Positions 20,595 through 27,931 of a DNA stretch of 27,931 nt are shown here, in pieces; within the stretch, counting starts at the first letter, position 1; the number at the start of each line of letters is the position of its first letter. The DNA lies in assembly GCA_030141605.1 (NCBI GenBank), contig JAQGDQ010001723.1, positions 1 to 27,931 on the forward strand. Reading direction: 5' to 3'. A program made the position numbers and the translations under genes. Source of the DNA: Tubiluchus corallicola (Eukaryota; Animalia; Priapulida). Under the pieces are notes generated by a model, which searched no databases, was not told the DNA's origin, and was given only the letters and a program-made list of their open reading frames with translations.

Positions 20595-22776
20595 CATGTA
20601 TTAAAATATGCATTTAACTATTATATTTTTAATTACGAATACTGAACTTTTATACCTTTGTATTCACTGAAATGCTGGAACGAATTTTGTAAATATGCAA
20701 TATATGGGTGTGCAAAATAAAGTTTTGCACGAGATTTCTATGAAACTCCGACAATTTGGCTTCTCTAGCAAAATAAATGAAAAATAACCAAGTTAAAGTC
20801 GACCAGTACTTTCCTGCTCGCAGGGCACTGAACCAACAGGAAAAATAGAGTAATTCATGAAATCTCTGTGCGCTACCTAAATTTTTATTGCAATTCTCTT
20901 TAACAATTACAATTAGATATCAACATGTATGCATGGTGTATATCTAATAATAATTATTATCAAAATTTAAATAACAATTTCATGCTAAGGTAAGTTAATT
21001 CGCAGTTCGTTGTTGGCTGCATTTACATTGACGTAACATCACGTGACCAACGCGCTGGCAGAAGAAATACACTGCCGAACATTTCGAATAAAATTCGGAA
21101 GGCTGCAGGTTGTATTCTCCAACAACTTGGGCACTTTTCTTCATCCGTTACGACTTGTTACAATTCGTCTTGGTGTTCATGGTTTTCAAAAACTGGGTCA
21201 ATCCAAAAACTTCTTGTATCGCCTACTTGCCTTTTTCTCTAACCAACACAGCAAAATAATGTCTCATTTCTTCTAGAAAGTCTCATGCCAAGAATTTCTG
21301 GAAAAAATTCCCGCCTTTATTACATATAGTATGGGATGAGTACAGAAGCTGCAGTGGAAACAGCTTTTGCAGACGTAAAACGTCCAGACAGAAAAGTCTG
21401 TGTCTGTGCGTGTCTGTGCGGACGCAGGGTAAACCTTAGTCTTTCTGCTAAACATGTCCAACGAAACGCCGACATTTAATATTCAGCAGCCGACATAAAA
21501 TGTTTTTATTCAGCAGTTATTGAGATAAAGACAACACAAGATAATGAGTTTACAATCATTTGTTACCATTTTATCATTTTAGTATAATATTGTTCAAAGT
21601 TTGCGTTTTGTGGTGCAGAAAAGGCATGGAAATACGCCGAGTCCGTCAATGACTTACGCAAGGGATCAATTCGAATTATCGGTACGCCAGATGTATGCTC
21701 AAAAGTTGACAGAAAATTATGGCTCTGCATGTATGGCCCTGGTGTTTACCCAGGCGCTGTAAGTATGGATAAGTTTATTGTGTTTATTTTAGTTTAGGTT
21801 TATTTATATAGTCAGATGTTCGCAAAGGTGCACTAAGAACAAAAACTTTGATAGTAAGAGATTATCTGCTCCATTTATCAATATTAAAATTAAATAATAA
21901 AAGTGGTGTGCCTCTCAAGTCAGATGTATTAGTTTGTGACGAACTACGCACGTTAAACGTGTTAAAGTTTAAATTTTTGTCTTAAAACTTGCTGAACATA
22001 TTACAGCAGCACCTTAATGCAATGCGCTGGTGAAATATGTTTGCTACTGGACATTATGTTAGTTTGTGATGTCATCAATAGTTGGGCTCGTCCGCCATTA
22101 ATTAAGTTTTAAATCTATTATTTAATTATCAGAAACGCTTTGGTGGCAGTATTATTTGTGTTAAAATATTTACTTTTTATCGGACTTGAAAATGAGATAT
22201 TATGCGAAAAATCATCCCGTCGTTCACGAAGGATACACTTTCTATGCCCGTGTTCAATGTGGGCGCAAATTTATTTGAGTGAATTAAGACGCATAGCTTC
22301 CTAAACGCCTCGTCTTGTCTAAACGGGTTGTAATCTCCTAACGTATTGCGAATTGTACGTGCTGTATTCAGAGATTGTTCCAAACTTTAATTTCAGCTTT
22401 TGGTACATTTCTTTAAGTTGAGCTATTTAGTTTCACCATTCACGCGTGTGTATGCTCGTGGGTTCGTTATATGGGAGTATGTACCTACATACTATTTGTT
22501 GTTTAGGGAGACGCTGGTGGTCCAATTATCTTTCCCTACACGAAAGAAGTAATTGGAATAATGCTCGGTTCTCAAAACTCAACAAAGAGGGAGAAAATAC
22601 ACACACTTGCTACAAAAATTGGCCCCCAACTCGACTGGATTGAAGAAACACAAGCTAAAGCTGAAAAGGATCGTTACTCAGATCACTCACGCATCACATA
22701 CAGATCTACTTCTTTGCATAACACAATATGTATAAGTTGTTTTTTTCTGTATTATGTAGTTTACCTATTTTTATGA
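17824..22776 (+). CDS. S1 (trypsin/chymotrypsin-fold) serine protease homolog, catalytic Ser to Ala, 7 exons, 352 aa, predicted secreted or membrane-anchored
   Basis: join(17824-17995,18181-18248,18981-19102,20121-20193,20298-20511,21619-21758,22507-22776) = 1059 nt, GT-AG introns with consistent phases. Motifs PR|[56 protein letters not shown]. Hydrophobic N- and C-termini. Exon 1 is the least certain. Confidence 0.92.
18181..18248 (+). CDS. Protease homolog exon 2 (activation site)
   Basis: TTTACAG acceptor; GLVLPEPRIIGGEEVVGRKFPYM; donor GTAAAT. Confidence 0.92.
18418..18875. mobile_element. piggyBac-type MITE (458 bp) in protease intron 2
   Basis: TTAA at both sides (18414-18417, 18876-18879); imperfect TIRs CCCTTTCAGTCCC / GGGTATGAAAGGA; palindrome GTATCCC-AC-GGGATAC occurs twice internally. 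Confidence 0.75.
18981..19102 (+). CDS. Protease homolog exon 3 (catalytic His)
   Basis: [40 protein letters not shown]; donor GT|GTAAGT. Confidence 0.94.
19283..19436. mobile_element. GC-rich fragment, probable single end of a hAT-like non-autonomous element
   Basis: Abrupt GC-rich island with C-runs ending GAAATAGGCCCTG (reverse complement CAGGGCC...); no partner TIR or TSD found. Confidence 0.4.
19900..20075 (-). mobile_element. LINE ORF2 C-terminal remnant in protease intron 3
   Basis: LWNSLALQVKQIKSLSPFKTKLRS matches the WNxLP..S...FK..L motif at the end of CR1/L2-type ORF2. Confidence 0.6.
20121..20193 (+). CDS. Protease homolog exon 4
   Basis: TTACACAG acceptor; IETGYESLIHFGSNKLDQPKQKRW; donor GTATGT; bridges phase 2 to phase 0. 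Confidence 0.82.
20298..20511 (+). CDS. Protease homolog exon 5 (catalytic Asp)
   Basis: VYWTKKHPSY...HIDIGLVRLDTKVAFDDDIQPAKL...VTFIGWGETDP; donor G|GTATGT. Confidence 0.93.
20560..20596. repeat. (TA)n microsatellite
   Basis: Directly visible. Confidence 0.9.
20711..20893. mobile_element. Degenerate foldback/MITE-like inverted repeat in protease intron 5
   Basis: Left TGCAAAATAAAGTTTTGCACGAGATTTCTATGAAACTC pairs imperfectly with right GAGTAATTCATGAAATCTCTGTGC...AATTTTTATTGCA. Confidence 0.5.
21619..21758 (+). CDS. Protease homolog exon 6
   Basis: GGTGCAG acceptor; EKAWKYAESVNDLRKGSIRIIGTPDVCSKVDRKLWLCMYGPGVYPGA; donor GTAAGT. Confidence 0.88.
22507..22776 (+). CDS. Protease homolog terminal exon 7 (GDAGGP, hydrophobic tail)
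   Basis: GTTTAG acceptor; GDAGGPIIFPYTKEVIGIML...TKIGPQLDWIEE...TICISCFFLYYVVYLFL*; AATAAA at 22814-22819. Confidence 0.9.
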   Translation, partial: GDAGGPIIFPYTKEVIGIMLGSQNSTKREKIHTLATKIGPQLDWIEETQAKAEKDRYSDHSRITYRSTSLHNTICISCFFLYYVVYLFL

Positions 22777-23060
22777 ATTCGTTTTCTTTACTGTATTGAA
22801 AATTTAGTTTAGTAATAAATGCGATATCCGTTTGAAGAACAAATATAAGCAAACATAAAGCAATGTTAAAAACACATTCCGAATTTAGCAGGTTTTTCAA
22901 TATTATGTAACGAATTTCAATTGATGTTACTGTGTGAATCACAGACTGGATGCTATTATTATTACCATGAAGCGTATTCCTTTATAATAATCATTAGTAA
23001 CTAAACTCGCCACCGACAAATGGTTTTAGACAATCAGAAAATCGATAAAAGTTATGGGTG

Positions 23061-23487
23061 AAACTGGAGGAAGTACTGTACCACAGTGTACACACGGCGA
23101 ATACCCTAAACACGCTCTCATGGAGTATTTAAACTGGAAGTATTGTACCACAGTGTACGCATTGCGAATACCCTAAACACGCTCTCATAAAGTATTTAAA
23201 CTGGAAGTACTGTACCACAGTGTACGCATTGCGAATACCCTAAACACGCTCTCATAAAGTATTTAAACTGGAAGTAATGTACCACAGTGTACATACGGCG
23301 AATACCCTAAACACGCTCTCATAAAGTATTGAAACTGGAAGTACTGTACCACAGTGTACAGGTCACGGCGAATACACTAATACATCGTCTCTTACATAAC
23401 ACGTATTTTAAACTGGAAGATATCTGATAGGCTCACACGTGTACACATGGCGAATACCCTAAATACGCTCTCAGTAAAGTATTTAAA
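23061..23487. repeat. Tandem minisatellite, 67-bp unit, about 6 copies (last two degenerate)
   Basis: AAACTGGAAGTACTGTACCACAGTGTAC..GCGAATACCCTAAACACGCTCTCATAAAGTATTT starting at 23061, 23131, 23198, 23265, 23332 and about 23410. Confidence 0.95.
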
Positions 23488-25089
23488 ATCTGTAGATATC
23501 TAAATTCTATAACACATATCACCCTACCTTTTCTGTACAGAGTGACCTTGATTAATTAGAGTAATTAATCGAATTAATAATGATTAGGATTCGCACACCT
23601 AAACTACATAATAATACATAACTACCTAATACATAACTAAAAAACGCTTCTCTGTTATTATCTGATAATTGATAATAAGGAAACTGCTTATTTTTTAGTA
23701 CCTTGCGTCAGAACTTCAATAATAGTAAAAATCAAAACAAATAGTTGCTTGTATTACAACAGTTACCTTGTTAGATCTTTCAATGCTTGCACTTGGACCA
23801 TGCATATTAGCTAACACATACAGTAGCAGTAACCCAAACAATGAAGTCATTCATTGTGCATACAGGAACAATTGTCCAGATGAACGACAAAACAGTCTTG
23901 CAGTTTTTTAATGCAACTAATAAGCAAAAAAATAGAAAAGTCTATAAAGAGGCTGCAGTTCAACAAATCAATTATTTGCACAAAGCAGGTAAATGAAACA
24001 TTAAAATTAGTGCTCAGCTTAATTTAGGTTTGTCAGAAATAAACAAATTTTTGTCAATACATAATTTGTGGAGACAAATAAGGCTGTCCCTGACCATTAT
24101 GAGTGTCTGATGCAGTGCGAAAAGGAACTTGGCAATCGACAATCCACATTTGTGTTATAGTAGAAATGAAAACGTAATAATGTAGATGTAATGTAATGCA
24201 TTGACTAAAATACAAAGTGTATATAAAAATGTAGAAAGGTGACTAGCTACTGCAAGCATCTGGGCCACATTTTACTAGAAAATACACTAATTGTTTCTGA
24301 CTTCTGATTCCTGATGTAAACTTCCACTGCAATCAAACTGCAGACTATTAAAATAATCCAGTTTTTATGTTAAAAATATTGAAACACAACAATCACCTAC
24401 AGATTATAAACACTTGTTGAGATGTGAGAGAAAGCCGTTAAATGTAAAATCTTGTGTTCTGATGTACAAAGTGATTCTCACAAACTATACTATTTACTTC
24501 CTGCTCCACACAGACTAAACAGTCCAGCACTAGAAACACTATACCAAGTTTAAATTACATGTAAATCAAAACTCAAGAATGTAAAAAGTTTAATTTCCTA
24601 CTGCTTATTTAATTGTCAATGACTCTTTTTTACTTTAGCTAATCACATGTCTAGTCACAAGTTGGCTTGATATTCGAATTTAATATTCAATATTGAAAGT
24701 AAAATTAGTTTAATGTGGTTTGATACTCAAGATTTGGCGTGGCCTCAAGTACAACTAAAGAAATGTTTCATCACCTCAATTCATTTCAATTCAAGTTGAT
24801 TTATGCTATACAATTCAAACACAGGTATTTAATAGCAATCAAGTATACAAAGAGCAACTAAAATAATTAGAAACTATGTTTAGAAGAATGCAGTTGCAGT
24901 ATACAGCCAGTAAAAAAGCTTAATATTCTCATTTAAGATTCATATTGATGTTCAGTTGTCTGCCTGCAAATTTACGAATTTCACGCATTGCCTGTACAAA
25001 TGCTGTTGTAACCAAAGAAAAGTTTGTGACATCACAATGATACAATTTGTTCACTAGTTCAATAGTAATCTAATCGTACAGCTGCCCTT

Positions 25090-26284
25090 TGACGGTTCTG
25101 CTGTCCGCTGATCTTCAGGCGGTGTTTTTAGTGAAGCCAGGTAGAGTGTGCAGCACATGTAGTACTAAGAAGCTGAACAAAACTTCTGACGGTTCTGCCG
25201 TCGGCTGTTCTTCAAGCGCTGTATTTAGTGAAGCCAAGTAGAGTGTGCAGCACATGTAGTACTAAGAAGCTGAACAAAACTTTTGACGGTTCCGCTATTG
25301 GCTGGTCTTCAAGCGCTGTATTTAGTGAAGCCAGGTAGAGTGTGCAGCACATGTAGTACTAAGAAGCTGAACAAAACTTCTGATGGTTCCGCTGTCCACT
25401 GATCTTCAAGCGGTGTTTTTAGTGAAGCCTGGTAGAGTGTGCAGCACATGTAGTACTAAGAAGCTGAACAAAACTTCTGACGGTTCCGCTATTGGCTGGT
25501 CTTCAAGCGCTGTATTTAGTGAAGCCAGGTAGAGTGTGCAGCACATGTAGTACTGAGAAGCTGAACAAAACTTCTGATGGTTCCGCTGTCCACTGTTCTT
25601 CAAGCGCTGTATTTAGTGAAGCCAGGTAGAGTGTGCAGCACATGTAGTACTAAGAAGCTGAACAAAACTTCTGATGGTTCCGCTGTCCACTGATCTTCAA
25701 GCGGTGTTTTTAGTGAAGCCTGGTAGAGTGTGCAGCACATGTAGTACTAAGAAGCTGAACAAAACTTCTGACGGTTCCGCTATTGGCTGGTCTTCAAGCG
25801 CTGTATTTAGTGAAGCCTGGTAGAGTGTGCAGCACATGTAGTACTAAGAAGCTGAACAAAACTTCTGACGGTTCCGCTATTGGCTGGTCTTCAAGCGCTG
25901 TATTTAGTGAAGCCAGGTAGAGTGTGCAGCACATGTAGTACTGAGAAGCTGAACAAAACTTCTGATGGTTCCACTGTCCGCTGATCTTCAGGCGCTGTAT
26001 TTAGTGAAGCCAGGTAGAGTGTGCAGCACATGTAGTACCAAGAAGCTGAACAAAACTTCTGATGGTTCTGCTGTCCACTGTTCTTCAAGCGCTGTATTTA
26101 GTGAAGCCAGGTAGAGTGTGCAGCACATGTAGTACCAAGACGCTGAACAAAACTTCTGATGGTTCCGCTGTCCACTGATCTTCAAGCGCTGTATTTAGTG
26201 AAGCCAAGTAGAGTGTGCAGCACATGTAGTACTAAGAAGCTGAACAAAACTTTTGATGGTTCTACTGTCCGCTGATCTTCAAGC
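25090..26284. repeat. Tandem repeat, 97-bp unit, about 12.3 copies
   Basis: Core TTTAGTGAAGCC(A/T)(G/A)GTAGAGTGTGCAGCACATGTAGTAC..AGAAGCTGAACAAAACTT recurs with a 97-bp period (e.g. 25141, 25238); no indels seen. Confidence 0.97.
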
Positions 26285-27479
26285 CATATTACTAAATGAA
26301 GAATGTTCTTGAACATTAATATGAAATTTTATCAACAAATTGTCAAAAAATTTCTTTGCAGAATTGGAGGTTTGCAAAACTTCTCAAGTTTAAAAGTAAA
26401 CACATAGTGCTGCCAGAAAGAAAATTACTGCAAATTAAATCCAAAAGTTTGTTTACATAAAAGACTAAGTGGGTAATAAGTTACCCCACATCAGGTAGTT
26501 TCTAGCACCCGAAATTATTAATAGGCCACATTTTTAAAGGCAGTTATGGCGGCAGGTTGGTGTGACGAGTTGTCTCTAGAAGAGTTGTCCTTGATTATTC
26601 TTGAGCAATGATTCAGAGTGTTTTGATGACGCTCAGCAAAGAAGATTGCCACGTTTATATTGCATATCCATAAGAAATATACCTTAGTTGAGATAATGCA
26701 ATACACATATCCCCATTTTTCTGCGAGACAAATGATTAAAGACGTCTGAACGTTTTTATTGAGTAAATAAGACTTAGTTAACATCGGAATACTTTAGCAA
26801 GGACATGTGATAGTTTACCTAGCATATAAGTAATGAAAGAAGCACCAATTGGTGAACAAAGTACTATTGAAGATACTGCTTTAGATGCACGAATTTTATA
26901 GTCGTTTTCAAGAATTGTCCTTTAGGAACATTGTCATCGTCAAAAAATAATTTGCAAGGCTGTTACAAACTCTGATTGTGCTTTATATCTTTCACTTTGA
27001 ATTTAAAATAGAAAAGCCTTTTGTTTCCTTAATAGTACCTATGAGCTTCGTATTAATGACGTGTGAACAGGCACGTTTGAACAGGCATAATAGGCGCATG
27101 ATAGGACTTTGCGCATTCTTTGTATTGTGCATGTTGTCATGTTGCATAACGTATTTCATACACTAATTACATGAAATTTAACAGCCTACATAATAAGATT
27201 ACTTGTATCTTCCTTACTTTCAAACGATTGCTCGTCTTGATACAGAATCTTTTCTAATCTAGCGGAAACAGCAAACTGATTTATAAAATGTTGCTGTACA
27301 AATGATTGTATTTTGATTGAATGTTATTTTAAACAGTCAATTGAAAAGTGGTAGTATAATAGCGTCACGTGACACTTTGTTCAGAAATTAACTAACAGTT
27401 CCTCTTTCCATGCAGCTAATTGCAAAGACGATAGTTTAAATAATGCAATTCTAATTAAATTTATGAATAAGTTCTTAAA

Positions 27480-27931
27480 TTTTAGGGTGCAATTGGTTCC
27501 GGTAGAGAAGTAGATGCCATATTTATGTAATTTGGTGAAATTGTGAGGTGCCATCACCAGTTGTGAAGGTGATAAATTGTGGATATTAGCCCGATCGAAA
27601 ATGGCCACCATTTTCAACATAGTCGATAATATATGGTTGTTACTAGTTTTTAACAGCCTTATCTTTGCTGTTTAAAAGCATATGATAACTTTTGTGGTGT
27701 CAAAGTAATTATCGGTTTTCAAGGTCAAGAAATCCATTTTGATCATTAAGAACACGAGTGATCATCACCTCTGGATTTATGAAGCCGCCAAAATGACTGC
27801 AGCTGTGTAACAATTTTAGCTATATTGGATGTTCTAAGACAAATAGGTAAATTATAGTAACATACTTATAGATTTATGGCAGTGTCCAATATGGGTGCCA
27901 TGTTCAAGATGGTGAAAAATAAAAAAACGCC
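27480..27931. repeat. Possible dispersed repeat or transposon remnant with AAAATGGCC.CCATTTT-type motifs
   Basis: AAAATGGCCACCATTTT, GCCGCCAAAATG and TTCAAGATGG motifs; similar words near 8968, 9080 and 13352; boundaries undefined. Confidence 0.3.

Noticed and set aside
20941-21527. Possible TIR element in protease intron 5 (TATCTAATAA...TTATTGAGATA; GTTGGCTGC/GCAGCCGAC)
   Set aside because: The inverted matches are short and imperfect and I found no TSD, although the GC-richer interior suggests an insertion.
25406-26185. Three similar 65-aa ORFs on the - strand
   Set aside because: Products of a 97-bp repeat whose unit is not a multiple of three; frames rotate and stop.
25090-26284. CRISPR array reading (constant repeat plus variable spacer)
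   Set aside because: The variable parts are homologous point variants that recur, not unique spacers. No cas genes, and the context is eukaryotic.
25090-26284. Array of 21-nt microexons (AAG|CGCTGTATTTAGTGAAGCCAG|GTAGAG, reading ALYLVKP/AVFLVKP) or of C/D-box snoRNAs (TGATGG...CTGA)
   Set aside because: The acceptor AAG and donor GTAGAG are weak, and units 1 and 10 shift the AG by one base. CTGA is mutated in many units and there is no canonical RTGATGA box. Only spliced or small-RNA reads could revive this.

Overview
AT-rich genomic DNA from an animal, probably an invertebrate; the taxon is inferred from gene and repeat content only. It is not prokaryotic, and most ORF-track entries are artefacts. 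I reconstructed two intron-containing + strand genes by hand, both with GT-AG introns and consistent phases. The first is an 8-exon, 325-aa divergent Trp-rich annexin (4050-10162). The second is a 7-exon, 352-aa S1/chymotrypsin-fold protease homolog (17824-22776) with the catalytic Ser replaced by Ala (GDAGGP) and a hydrophobic C-terminal tail. Between them lie an orphan duplicate of annexin exon 4 with intact splice sites and a decayed - strand LINE with a triple-CCHC Gag-like ORF1. Upstream of the annexin is a related decayed LINE whose endonuclease is instead preceded by a 2A-like DIHYNPGP motif, and which carries a nested solo-LTR-like insertion. The window also holds hAT-type and piggyBac-type MITEs with target-site duplications, three tandem arrays (about 61, 67 and 97 bp units) and microsatellites. 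I found no CRISPR array, rRNA or tRNA. I cannot establish a new biological system. The best leads are the pseudoprotease/annexin pair with candidate RFX X-boxes and the different 5' modules of the two related LINEs.
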